Positions 48,511-61,508 of a stretch of 64,000 nucleotides of DNA are shown here, in pieces (positions within the stretch are counted from its first letter, which is position 1; each line of letters begins with the position of its first letter). The position numbers and the translations under genes were made by a program. This DNA comes from Mobula hypostoma (taxonomy: Eukaryota): NCBI RefSeq assembly GCF_963921235.1, contig NC_086118.1:18168001-18232000 (forward strand), given 5' to 3'. Below the pieces are notes generated by a model. The model had not been told where the DNA came from, did not search any database, and saw only the letters and a list, made by a program, of their open reading frames with translations.

Positions 48511-50716
48511 TCATAGTCATAGTCATACTTTATTGATCCCGGGCGAAATTGGTTTTCGTTACAGTTGCACCATAAATAATTAAATAGTAATAAAACCATA
48601 AATAGTTAAATAGTAATATGTAAATTATGCCAGGAAATAAGTCCAGGACCAGTCTATTGGCTCAGGGTGTCTGACCCTCCAAGGGAGGAGTTGTAAAGTT
48701 TGATGGCCACAGGCAGGAATAACTTCCTATGACACTCAGTGTTGCATCTCAGTGGAATGAGTCTCTGGCTGAAGGTACTCCTGTGCCCACCCAGTACATT
48801 ATGTAGCGGATGGGAGACATTGTCCAAGATGGCATGCAACTTGGACAGCATCCTCTTTTCAGACACCACCGTCAGAGAGTCCAGATCCATCCCCACAACA
48901 TCACTGGCCTTACGAATGAGTTTGTTGATTCTGTTGGTGTATGCCACCCTCAGCCTGCTGCCCCAGCGCACAACAGCAAACATGATTGCACTGGCCACCA
49001 CAGACTTGTAGAACATCCTCAGCATCGTCTGACAGATGTTAAAGGACCTCAGTCTCCTCAAGAAATAGAGACGACTCTGACCCTTCTTGTAGACAGCCTC
49101 GGTGTTCTTTGACCAGTCCAGTTTATTGTCAATTCATATCCCCAGCTATTTGTAATCCTCCACCATGTCCACATTGACCCCCTGGATGGAAACAGGGGTC
49201 ACCGGTACCTTAGCTCTTCTCAGGTCTACCACCAGCTCCTTAGTCTTTTTCACATTAAGCTGCAGATAATTCTACTCACACCATGTGACAAAGTTTCCTA
49301 CCATAGCCCTGTACTCAGCCTCATTTCCCTTGCTGATGCATCCAACTATGGCAGAGTCATCCGAAAACTTCTGAAAATGACAAGACTCTGTGCAGTAGTT
49401 GAAGTCCGAGGTGTAAATGGTGAAGAGAAAGGGAGATAAGACAGTCCCCTGTGGAGTCCCAGTGCTGCTGATCACTCTGTCGGACACACAGTGTTGCAAG
49501 CACACGTACTGTGGTCTGCCAGTCAGGTAATCAAGAATCCATGACACCAGGAAAGCATCCAACTGCATCGCTGTTAGCTTCTCCCCCAGCAGAGCAGGGC
49601 GGATGGTGTTGAACGCATTGGAGAAGTCAAAAATCATGACCCTCATAGTGCTCGCTGGCTTTTCCAGGTGGGCGTAGACACGGTTCAGCAAGTAGACGAT
49701 GGCATCCTCAACTCCTAGTCGGGGCTGGTAGGTGAAATGGAGGGGATCTAAATGTGGCCTGACCATAGGCTGGAGCAGCTCCAGAACAAGTCTCTCCAGG
49801 GTCTTCATGATGTGGGAGGTCAATGCCACCGGTCTGTAGTCATCTTTGGCACAGGGACGAGGCAGGACGTCTTCCGCAGCACAGGAACCCTCCGGAGCCT
49901 CAGGCTCAGGTTGAAGACATGGCGAAATACTCCACATAGCTGAGGGGCATGGGCTTTGAGCACCCTGGTACTGACATCATCCGATCCTGCAGCCTTGCTT
50001 GGGTTGAGACGTTTCAGCTGTCTTCTCACCTGTTCAGCTGTGAAGCCCACCGTGGTGGTTTCGTGTGGGGAAGGGGTATAGTCATGAGAGCAGGGTGGGG
50101 GACTGTGAGGAGGGGTAGGAGGGGAGAGTGGAATATGTGTTGGTTGGGGGCCAACAACAGATGACTCATGTGGGGGATGGGCAGGGGCCACAATGTCAAA
50201 TCTGTTAAAGAACAGGTTAAGTTCGTTGGCCCTGTCCACACTGCCTTCAGCTCCTCTGTTGCTAGTTTGCCGGAACCCAGTGATGGTCCTCATTCCACTC
50301 CAGACCTCTCTCATGTTGTTTTCCTGGAGTTTCCACTCAAGCTTCCTCCTGTATCTGTCTTTAGCCTCCCTGATCCTGGCTTTCAGGTCCCTCTGTATTG
50401 CCCTCAGCTCCTCCCTATTTCTATCTCTAAATGCCCTCTTTTTAGCGTTCAGGATGTCCTTAATGTCCTTTGATACCCATGGCTTGTTATTTGAATAACA
50501 AAGGGCAGTTCTTGTCAGAACATTGCAGTCCACACAGAAGTTGATGTAATCAGTCATGTACTCTGTGAGCCCATCAATATCCTCTCCATGTGGCTCACAG
50601 AGTGCCTGCACGTCTGTCACCTCAAAACAACCCTGGAGCGCCTCATAAGCCTCCTCCGACCATTTCCTCACTGTCCTCGAGGTTGCAGGTTTATCCTTCA
50701 CCAGAGGCACGTAGCC
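48511..50716 (-). mobile_element. Relatively young 5'-truncated Rex1/Babar LINE
   Basis: NNKPWV, DYRPVALTSHIMKTLERLVL, FDFSNAFNTI, GTPQGTVLSPFLF, QKFSDD; (tatgac)n tail at 48511-48527; few disablements. Confidence 0.9.
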
Positions 50717-52189
50717 TCTACCATTAGCTGATGCCCAAATGCACACCTTTGGAAAGGTTTACTGAAAATTGATTTCCTGAGAACTATAAAGCTTATGGAA
50801 CTAACCTGGGGTTTGTGGGTTATGTAATGTAATTATATACTGAATCAGTAGGAAGATTATATTTAATGTTATGACAGGCAAATTAATGGGTGTGACTAGA
50901 TCTAGACTTTACAGCAACCCAAAATTCAGTGCATTGACTTGGAAACGTTAACAAGCAGATATTAAGTAACTAAATTAAAACAATTCCTCCTCAATGTAAC
51001 TTGATTCTGATCAATAATTATTAAGGCACAAAGTATGATTGGTGATTAGTAGGTCAATCTGCTGCTTTTTTATTAATATGGCCATGTTCGTTTCCAAGAA
51101 CTGTTGGAGAAGAGGAATCTAGTCAGGTCTGATGTTACAAAATTGGCAGTTTCCTTATGAAGAATGAAGACCCAAGTTCTGTACACTATGGATGGCATTT
51201 TAATAGTAATCTGTGTAGAATGCACTTTCACGGCACATGCTCTTTATTTTTTTATATAGGAGATTGGTGGCCTCATATACAGCTCTGAGTTTCAATGTGT
51301 TATAATGCAGACTGTGAGGCCATGTAATGAGGTCTCTATTCCTAACACAGGCATTGTGAATGATACCCAGTATATGACCAGTTCTCTCATACCAGGGTTC
51401 TGTAAACCATTACATTGATGCTCCTGTTGGTCAACATGTACAACTAAGATGCGAGATCCTCATGCAGCACTTCTGGCTCTGAGTAAAATCTCATATCATG
51501 ATTGAGTGCTATGTATAGGTACCAGAAGGTAACTTAGAGACTGTTGACTGCTGTTGCTGCCAGTTCAGCCAATTGTAACTACTTTGAAGGTTGTTCATAC
51601 AGCCTTTTATAACTCTGTTGGCATGTTGAAAGAATCTTCCATTTAATCCTATCTTTCTATCCATTCCTCATACCCCTACTAGTATAATAATCATTGTATA
51701 AAAACAGTGCAAGTTATTTAGGAAATTATGAATCTAACTTAAAACTATATTTCAAATCATAACAACACATTGCACCAGTATTTTCTCTTGATGTTGTCTC
51801 TAATTATTTTGCTAATTAACTTAAATGTTGTCATCAGTTTTAAGTTTTTTTTGCCACTGAAAGTAGTTTCTCCTTATTTGCTTGACCAAAGCAGCCACAG
51901 TTGCTCCATTTGTGGCACCTAAAGTCCTATACAAGTGGTGCAATTTTTGTAAACCTAGTTGCTGAATTTCCAAAAACTGTTAACCACAATACTCCAGCTA
52001 GGGCCTAACCACCATTTCAGAAAGGTTCAACTAACCAGAATACAAACTGAATTTATGTACATATTTGGCCATAACACACATGAAACACACAGCAGTAGTA
52101 TTTTAGAATCTCTGCCTAAAAGGAACGATGTTAACTACACATTAGCTTGAACGTTTTGTGTGGAGCTGTTTCTATTTGAAAGCAATCCA

Positions 52190-53300
52190 TAAGACAGCAT
52201 AGAAAATAAATAGTAGCCTTCATTGATTCACTGAACAGTTATAGCATAAAAGAAGTTATTCATTCCATTGTGCTCTTACTCGTTTGCTATCAGAACCGTT
52301 CACTAGTCACAACCCCTAATCATTTCTCTGTAGCCTTGTAAGTCTTTCCTCACCATATGTTTACCCAGTTCCTTATTCAAGGCTTCATTGGATTCTACTT
52401 TTACCATGGTTGCAGGCTGCTTTATATATTAAAGAAGAATTTTTCCATGTCACTCTCCAATACCCTTCTCATTTATTCTTTCCTCTGGGCACTTGGCCTC
52501 AGCCCTTCCACTGACAGGAACAGCCTCTCACCCTCCATTCTTTCCAGATTCAGAATTATTTATGTACTTCCATCAAATCTCCCCTCAGCCTTCTCTTCTT
52601 TAGAGAATACAGCACAGCTTCCTCTAATTTATTCTTATGGGTATAGTCCTTCATCCTACAAGATATCCTATTTGTAAATCCTTTTGGTCGTCCTTTAATG
52701 CTTTTTTCATCCTTCCTATAATGAGGCAACCAGAATGGAACAAAATGCTACGGTTAAGGCCTTTCCAGTGTTCTATAAAGTTCAGCATTATTTCTCAAAT
52801 TTAATACTCTATGCCTCTATTGATAAAGGCCTGAATTATTTATGCCTTATTAATCGCATTCTCATCTTGCCCTGCCACTTTATCACTTGTGCACATACAC
52901 CATCAGTACCCACTCCCATTCCTGCATCCTTTAAAAACAGTACTTCTCATAGTGTTTATCCTCATTCTTCATGTCAAGACTTATCAGCACACATTTTTCT
53001 GCATAAAACTTCATCTGATAGATATCTATCCTTTCTTCCAGTGAATTTATATCCTAATGCAATTTATAACGAAGGTCTTCACAGTCCATAATACTACTAA
53101 GTTCTGTGGCATTTGCAAATTTAGAAATTATTTTACGCAGCCTAAGACTAGGTCATTAATAAACTTAAAAAACAAAACCCCTAACACTTATCCCTTGGAG
53201 TGCCACTGTTCATCTTCCTCCAATCTGAAAACCAGCCATTCATCATGACCTACTGATGTCTGTTAATTAACCAGCTTCATATCAGTGATGTCTACAATAT
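52190..53300 (-). mobile_element. Ancient CR1 fragment
   Basis: Decayed similarity to the CR1 ORF2 C-terminus and 3' UTR (compare 13503-14277). Confidence 0.5.
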
Positions 53301-53999
53301 TTCCCTTTTATGCAATGTGTTTCAGCTTTGCTGAGATGCCTGTCATGTGCCACCCAATGGTGTGTTGTTATACCTGCATAATAAAGAGTTTTGGTTCCCA
53401 GTGGGCAATGCAAGGGGTTCACCCGAAACTGGAAGCTATGATAGCAACTGGGTTTTGCGCACAGAGTTGAGCTGCAGTTCAGTAATAAAATATTCTATCC
53501 CATAAAAAGTTTGTCTTTATTTAGAGCAATCATAACACTCTGCACCGAACAATCCATTTCCTGACCAAATGCTTACAACTTGGGTGAAGAATCACTTCTT
53601 AAACTGGAGACTGAGTTTTGATCTAAGTCATCCCTTCAGGAGTGGAGAATCATGTATTTTTGAAGAGAGTATCGCATACAAAAAAAAATCAAATTCAAGT
53701 TCAGATTTCGATTTAAAGAGTGCATCGTGTCACATAAGCATACCCCAGAGCTCTTACAGCCAATTTGTTGCATTGGAAATGTCATCACTGTTGTAGTACA
53801 GGAAATTGTATAGAAAAAACCTAAGGACGGAATGGTCTAAGAGAGTCTACTTCTCTAAATGCCTGTGGTTGTTGAACAAGAAACAAATTCATGTACTTAA
53901 TTGTCAGAAAATCCAATCTAACTCTTACCAGTATTCCCTTGCTATATAGGGTGATATATTTCAGCTGCATATTTTTTAATTGTGTTTTATCCTTCACAG

Positions 54000-54227
54000 G
54001 CTGGAATTATTACAGATGCCCGTTTGAAGGAACTGACCCCAACAATGCCAGTGATTTTCATCAAAGCTATTCCTGTAGACAAGCAGGACTCTCGGAATGT
54101 GTATCCCTGTCCAGTTTATAAAACACGTCTTCGAGGCCCTACGTTTGTCTGGACTTTTAATTTGAAAACCAAGGAAAAGTCATCCAAATGGGTGTTGGCT
54201 GGAGTTTCACTCCTCCTGCAGATTTAA
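54000..54227 (+). CDS. DNAH9: Dynein heavy chain terminal coding exon ([14 protein letters not shown]...[13 protein letters not shown])
   Basis: ccttcacag| acceptor; CPVYKT..RGPT motif; the ..[13 protein letters not shown] terminus matches DNAH9 as recalled; TAA at 54225-54227. Confidence 0.95.
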   Translation, partial: AGIITDARLKELTPTMPVIFIKAIPVDKQDSRNVYPCPVYKTRLRGPTFVWTFNLKTKEKSSKWVLAGVSLLLQI

Positions 54228-54516
54228 GCCAAGAGTTTGCACATTTGTTATAGAATAACTAGACAGAAAAATACTCATACAATCTGATATAGATCACTTA
54301 TTTTAGTACAAAGATTAAATTGATTTTTTTTTTAGGTATAATAGTTAATCTATTTCTTTTAATGTAAAAATTCACTAATAGAGAATGTTGCTTTGTAAAC
54401 TAGAGACAAAACGTTGCACTGAATTTGTGATTTCCCAGTCTGAATCATGCACAAATATAACTTGATGCTGCAGAAGTGTATTTTGTTACATGTCACCAGA
54501 AATGTCTTTTTCTCTT

Positions 54517-54522
54517 AATAAA
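54517..54522 (+). terminator. Polyadenylation signal AATAAA (3' UTR about 300 nt)
   Basis: First AATAAA seen after the stop, with a T-rich tract about 20 nt downstream. Confidence 0.6.
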
Positions 54523-56021
54523 GACCCATTTCTAATTCTCTTTTTATATGTAAGATACACATTTGGATCTTGTTCCCAGCTGATTTTACACTGTGAAATT
54601 AATGAGTAAATACAACACAGTATGTTGGCACCAGTTTATGTAAAGTGTGAAGATGAGGGTTCTTGGATGGTATAAACCCTGGTGATGGAACAGTTGACTA
54701 TTTTACCTTCACAACTTTTAAGTTTCCATGAATTAAGCAGGTATGAATATTTAATTAAGGAAGCTGCAAATCAATGATTTGATAACATTTAGAATGTATG
54801 GCCAAGATAAAAGTTGTAGTATAAATGTAGAGAAGGATCAAGGGTTTATAATGTTCTTCTGCAAGTATAAACTGCTCAGAACTTCTACCTAAGCTAATAA
54901 GAAACCAACTGGATTTCTTTGCATCCATTGTTTTATTCACTATCTGAGGACCCTATATCAGGAGAAGTTCAACAAATACTAACTACTTTCAGTTGTGGCT
55001 GGAAGTAGTTAGGGTTGTTGTCATAGGGACTTAAATTTCCCTAACATTAATTGGGACTTTCTAAGTACAGGAGATTTAGATGGGGCAGTATTTGTTAGGT
55101 GCATCCAGGAGGGTTCTTAATTTAATATGTAGATAGTCCAATGAAAGGAGGATGTGTACTGGACCTGGTGCTGGATAATGAGCCCGGCCAGGTGACCGAT
55201 CTTTCAGTAGGTGAACAGCTAGGGAACAACTCCTAGGTTAAGGACCACAACTCCTTAAGTTTTAAGATAGCTATAGATAAGGATAAGTATGGACCTGGCG
55301 GGAGAGTATTCAATTGGAGCAGGGCAAATTACGAGAGTATTAGGCAGGAACTAGGGAGAATTGGGAACTGTTGTTTTTTTGGGCAAGCCCACATCTCAAA
55401 TGAGATCATTTGAAGTCTAACTGCACAGAGTACAGAACACGTATGTTCTAGTCAGAAGGTAGGACAGAATGGCAAAGTAAGAGAGCCTTTGATGTCGAGA
55501 AAGGTGATGATTTTAGCCAAGAAGAGAAAGAAAAACTATGTAAAGCTTAGGAAGCTAAAATCAAATAGAGCCCTTCAACAAGGGAACAAGGAAAGTCAGA
55601 AGGGATCATGAAAAGTCCTTGGGCAGTAGAATTAAAGAGAATCTCAAGGCATTCTATATATTGAGAACAAGAGGGTAGGACACCTCAAGGATGGAAGATT
55701 TGATTGGATATGGAAAATGTGGGTGAGGTCCTTAATGCGTACTTTACATCCGTGTTTGCTAAGCCTGCAGCCAGGGCTGTCTGCGGCTTTGGGCTGGAAG
55801 CTCCAACTACTGGGCCAGAGTTACGAGTTAGCTGCTGGCTGTGGGGTGTTGTGGGGGATATTCTGTAGGAATATTGACCGACGGCCTGTATAGGTCTGGA
55901 ACGATATTCGTATACGGTCCCTTGCAAACTCTGATAGGGTGGCAGGGAGGGGACTGATGGTGACAGCAATAGCACGGAGTGTGAGTGGGAAGAGGTAGGG
56001 AGAGGGACTAAGAACAGGAAG

Positions 56022-57751
56022 ATGATGGGTTGGAAGAGAAAGAAAGGAGGTGGGTCTAGTGTAGGTGGATCGGAAAGTGAGGGAAGAGAAGTTGAGGAGA
56101 TGGGCCTGAGGGCAAAATTGCTAAATATAGTGATAAGATTTGAGGGGGAAGGGGGAGTAAAGAAAATCGGTCCACTTAAGCTAACAAAAATCGTTAGAGG
56201 ACAAGTAGGGGAAATGAACCATGTGAGAGTTTTAGGAGATGGAAACCTGCTGATAGGATGTAAAACTGAAGAGCAGATGGAGAAGGCAATGAAGGTGACT
56301 AATGTTGGGAAAGTCAAAGTGTCCAGGGTTGTAAGAGTTGGAGCACAAAGGGTCAATGGTTGCAAGGGGGTGATATCTGGGGTTCCTCTCAGTGTTAATA
56401 TGAAGGAGCTAGTGGAGAACTTGAGGGTGAGGAATGGTTCAGTGAAGAGTGTGAAAAGAATGACAAGGGGAGCAGAGAAAAAGGAGACTGAAACCATTCT
56501 GGTAGAATTTGAGGATAAGGTGCTTCCAATAGAGTTATATTTTGGATTTCTAAGATACAATGTAAGAGAATATATACCAAAACCTATGAGGTGTTTCAAT
56601 TGCCAGGAGTTTGGGCATGTGGCCAAAGTGTGCAAAGGAAAGAGAAGATGTGCAAGGTGTGGTGGGGAATATGAATACGGAAAATGTGGAGAGGGAGTGA
56701 GACCAAAGAGCTGTAATTGTGGAGGTAACCATAGTGTAGCGTACTGGGGATGCGAAGTGTTGAAAAAAGAGGTGGAGGTGCAGCAGATAAGGGTGAAGGA
56801 AAAAGTCTCATATGCTGAGGCAGTCAAGTTGGCAGGACAGAAGAAAATGAATAAGGGAGGGTGTAGCAAAGAGCAAGCGGCAGCTAAAGAAAGGCAAGAT
56901 ATTAAGAATGCATGGATAGAGAAGAAGAAATTGGTGACCTTTATAGCAGGAGTGGTAAACGCAACGTATGAGATCAAATCTAAAACTGAAAGAGTTCAGA
57001 TTATTGTGAAAGCTGCAGCGCACTATTTGGGTATGATAGGATTAAAATGGGCTGTGTACATACATCTATTGATGCTTCTGGACACATCTTCAGTGATGTT
57101 TCTGGAATCATCGGGTGTTTCGGGTCTTTCAACATCATACAACCTCCTCCAGGTGACCCAGCCAGGGCTGATCAGACCCCAGCTTGTGTCCAGATGGCTA
57201 GCTACTTATGACTCCGTGGCTCCCCTCTTTTGAGCCGCAGCCATCTTTAGGCCCTCTCTGCCGCATCGGTGGTACTGCGGATGGCTCTCCTTTTCCTCGC
57301 TCCCTCGATGCCCAAAATGCTGAAGGCTCTAACTAAAGAATGGGCTACGAATCCCCTACAACCAACCTCCACTGGGAGACACCTCGCTCTCCATCCAGCC
57401 TGCTGACAGCTGCTGACCAGTCCTGCGTACTTGGAGAGCTTCTTTTCAAAGGCCTCCTCCAAGCTATCTTCCCATGGGACTGTCAGCTCCAGCAGCACCA
57501 CTTGCTTAACCGTTCAGCTGCGATACAAAATTGTTGTCATGGCTTGCAGCTTCCTATCAACCCCTCCCTTCGCCGTTACCTCCAGAATTTGGTTAACATC
57601 CTCATCAAACTGCTTCCACAGTGAAGTCATATTAGCTGCAGGCCATTTGATCCACCTCCTGTTAGACCTCATGTTTGAGGGATTAGTTTGGGAAGAAGTA
57701 AACGATGAACTCAGGGTACAGTCAAGTCAAGAGACAGTGTGTGTGGGTTGA
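56022..57751 (+). pseudogene. Nimb/I ORF1 gag-like protein, interrupted at 57052-57679
   Basis: KGVISGVP, RCFNCQEFGHVAKVC, CARCGGE, CNCGGNH..C. Native C-terminus resumes as WEEVNDELRVQSSQETVCVG*. True start uncertain. Confidence 0.85.
57052..57679 (-). mobile_element. 3' fragment of an RLE-type (HERO-like) non-LTR retrotransposon
   Basis: LLELTVPWED..AFEKKLSKY..GWRARCLPVEVGCRGF restriction-like endonuclease motifs; degenerate 13-bp TSD ggattaaaatggg (57039-57051) / ggattagtttggg (57680-57692). Confidence 0.82.
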
Positions 57752-57762
57752 TATTACTAATA

Positions 57763-60700
57763 ATGCTACTTCTTCAATGGAATGCAAGAAGCCTGATTGC
57801 TAATGGACAAGATTTCAAGCAGTTTATAGCGAGTAGGAGAGAAAAGCCAGATATTGTGTGTATCGCAGAGACCTGGTTAAAACCTAATTTAGATTTTGTT
57901 TTATATGGTTATGAGGCAGTAAGGGGAGACAGGAGAGAGGGTGGAGGAGGAGGATGTGCAACTTATCTAAAGCAAGGTATTCCTTATAGAATACTAGGTG
58001 TAGGAAGTGAACAAGAGTATGTGGTAGTAAAAGTATGGTCTGAAAGGAAAGAGTTGGTGATTGTGAATTATTATAATCCATGCAAAAGACTAGAGTTAAA
58101 CAAGCTTGAGGAGATAGAAGGGCAAAATAGTAGTAACGTTGTTTGGTGTGGTGATTTTAATGGACATAATGTATTATGGGGGAGTGACAGAACAGACATC
58201 AATGGTCAGGTCATAGAGGAATTGCTAGATGAGAAGTATTTAGTGTGCCCAAATGATGGCAGTAATACCAGAATTGATGTTAATACAGGTAAAGAGTCTG
58301 TGCTTGATCTTACGTTAGTATCAAACTCCATTGCATCAGTGTGTGATTGGTTAGTGTACCAAGAAGGAACTGTAGGGAGTGATCATTACCCAACCTGGTG
58401 CAAGATAAATATTTCTGCTTCGTTGGTCACAGAGAACACAGGTGGGAAATGGATCCTTGAGAAAGCCAATTGGGAGAAATTTCTGGAAAAAAGTGATAGA
58501 TATCTAAGTCAGGTCAGTGATGGAATAGACGTAGAAACACTTGACAGCATATTAAAACAAGGTATAATATAAGCTGCATTAGAATCCATTCCTAAAAGTA
58601 AAGGAAGAACAAAGAAGAGACTAATGCCATGGTGGGATGATAATTGTAAGGAAGCAGTGAGAAATAGAAATAAGGCACTTAAACTGGTTAAAAGAACTCA
58701 TAACTTCCAACATATGATTCAGTACAAACAAGCTCAAGCAGTAGTAAGGTGGACAATAAGACATGCTAACAGGACGCACTGGAGAAAGTATTATGATTCA
58801 ATCGGAAACACAACTCAAGTAGGAGAGGTGTGGAGGACAACAAAAAGGATGGGAGGGGATAGGAGTTAGTGGAGATAGCCAGTTCTGGTTGATGGAAATG
58901 TGACTGCAGTAACAAATAAGGAATAGGCAGAATTGTTGGCAAACACTTTTGTTATGGTACATAGTTCCGATAATTTGTCTGAGAAGGGAAGAAGAGGTAG
59001 AGAGAGAACAAAAGCTGAAAATATGGAGGCTTTATGTAGGAAAGCTAATTTTGACGGTGTGCAAGATGTCCCTTTCAGCATGGGAGAATTAAGAAAGGCA
59101 CTAGATAAAACAGGAAAGACTGCGCCAGGTAAAGATGAAATATGTTATAGTATGATAAAACACTTGAGTGAAGGAAGTCTGGAGAAACTACTGCTTCTGT
59201 ATAACAAAGTCTGGGATGAAGGGAGAATACCAGGGAGCTGGAAAGAGGCAATAATTATTCCAATAAGGAAACCTGAGAAAGATGCCAGCAGGCAAGAAAA
59301 CTACAGGTCAATTGCCTTGATGTCACATGTATGTAAACTTATGGATCGTATGATAAATGAGAGGTTAGTGTACTTCTTGGAAAGTAGAGGTATGGTGGCT
59401 ATGTATCAAAGCGGGTTCAGGAAAGGAAGGAATACTGCGGATCCAGTGTTGTGTCTAGAGGATGAAATAAGAAAAGCTAAAGTAAATAAAGAGACAGTGG
59501 TTGCAGTTTTTTTTGATGTTGAGAAAGCTTATGATATGTTATGGAAAGAGGGGCTCCTAATCAAGCTACATTTAATGGGAATGGGGGGCAATGTTCAATT
59601 GGGTTAAGGACTTTTTAAACGGGAGAACTATTCAGGTGAAGATAGGATCAGAGCTATCAAGCCAGTATGTTGTAGAAAACGGGACTCCTCACGGGAGTGT
59701 AGTGACTCCAACTTTATTCTCCATTTTGATAAATGATATATTCATAAATATTCCAACGGAAGTGGGAAGGTCATTGTTTGCAGATGACGGGGCTTTGTGG
59801 AAAAGAGGGAGAAATATTGAACATGTAGTTACGAAAATGCAAGATGGAATTAATCAAGTTGAAGTGTGGGGGACAAAGTGGGGGGTTAAATTTTCAGTGG
59901 AGAAGACAAAAGCCATGTTCTTTACACGGAAAAAGTTCAGGGGACTTAATTTGAATCTGTATGGGAGTAACCTGGAGAGAGTTGAAAGTTTTTGGTTTTT
60001 AGGAGTGCACTTTGACTTGAGATTAACATGGAGAGAACATGTTAAATATGTAGTTACTAAATGTAAAAATGTGATAAATGTCATGAGGTGTCTTGCTGGA
60101 TTGGAAGGGGGATGCTGATTTTGCATCACTGAAGTATATTTATGTAGCATTAATAAGATCAAGATTAGACTACGGAAGTATTGTATACGGGTCAGCAGCA
60201 AAATCTGTGCTGGCAGAACTGGATATTGTGCAAGCTCGGGCTCTAGGGGTGTGCTTGGGAGCGGTTAGAACTTCCCCAGTGTGTGCACTCCAAGTTGAGG
60301 CCTATGAAATGCCATTGGGGCTGTGGCGTAAACAGCTGGAGGCCAATTACTGGATTAATTTAAGGGGGCATGGTGTTAGTCATCCTACAAAAAGGGTGTT
60401 GCAGATATGCTGGGAGAAGGAGAGGTCACAAAAAGAAAGTTTTGGCTGGACAGGAGAGCAAACAGCAAAAGATATGGGTATATACGATAAAGAGTTTTGT
60501 CCAAGTGTGGTGTGGCCTGTCAGACCTTTCTGGGTATTAGAAAATCCCTCTGTAGATTTGGAATTGCTTAAGATTAAGCACAGTAATAAGACATCTGATA
60601 TACGCAGTGAATATCATAGTCATAGGGAATGTAAATATAAAGACATACAGATTTTTAACAGATGGATCAAAGGATCCAGAAATAGGTGCAACAGGGTCTG

Positions 60701-61508
60701 CAATTGTTGTACCAAGTTATCCAGTGGAAATTAGCAAGAGAATACTGATTGCTTGAGTGTATATGCAGTTGAAATGTTTGCCATATTGTTAGCACCACAA
60801 TGGAGTGAGCAGGTTGATTGTAATAATATTGTGATATGTAGCGATTCCGTGTCGACCCTTGCGAGCATTAAGGCAGGTACAGCTAGAGGTCACCAGGATC
60901 TGCTTTATGAAATCCTGTTTGCAAATTCAAGACTGGCTAGACAAGGCAAAAATTTCGCATTCATGTGAGTTCCAGCACATTCAGGTATTATGGGAAATGA
61001 GACAGCAGATAAGCTGGCAAAAACAGCAGTCAAAAAAGCATCTGTAGAGGTCAATATTAAATTATCAAAATCAGAGGGGAAGAGCATAGTGTGGAGAAGG
61101 ATAAATCAACAGTGGCAGCAGCATTGGGATAGAGCAATAAAAGGAAGACATTTACATTTAATTCAGAACAGAGTAGATATGGGAAGAAGTAGGGGAGTAA
61201 AGCGGAAGGAGCAAGTAATTATAAGTAGACTGAGAAATGGGCACAGCAACCTTAATGGCACTCTGGCCATCATAAATAAGTATCCAACAGGTTTTTGCGA
61301 TCTATGTCGGGAGACTGAAACAGTAGAGCATATCCTTATTTCATGCCGGAAATTTGCACAGGAAAGACAACAAATGTTACAACAATTACGCAAAATAGGA
61401 CTGGTGGAGAACAGTGTTAAAGGTTTATTGGAATGTGGGGAGAGTGATCAGGGGAGGAAATGGTTGTTTAGTTATTTAAGGGCGACGGGACTGGAAAGAC
61501 GGCTTTAA
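57763..61508 (+). pseudogene. Nimb/I ORF2 (APE-RT-RNase H-CCHC) with stops and frameshifts
   Basis: LQWNARSL, ETWL, GDFNGH, SDHYP; YQSGFRKGR, FFDVEKAYD, LFADD; DGSK, ICSDS, PAHSGIMGNETADKLAK; CDLCRETETVEHILISC. Stops at 58570 and 58867; frameshifts near 59590, 60110, 60655. Confidence 0.9.

Noticed and set aside
3134..54227. Assignment as DNAH17 or DNAH11
   Set aside because: Recalled paralogue-diagnostic residues (GELTMTS, LQCD, AGIIT, DKQD, WVLAGV.LLLQI) fit DNAH9 better; a phylogeny would be decisive.
55685..56977. 430-aa minus-strand ORF
   Set aside because: Antisense shadow of the purine-rich Nimb ORF1; low-complexity F/L/S/P/T composition and no motifs.
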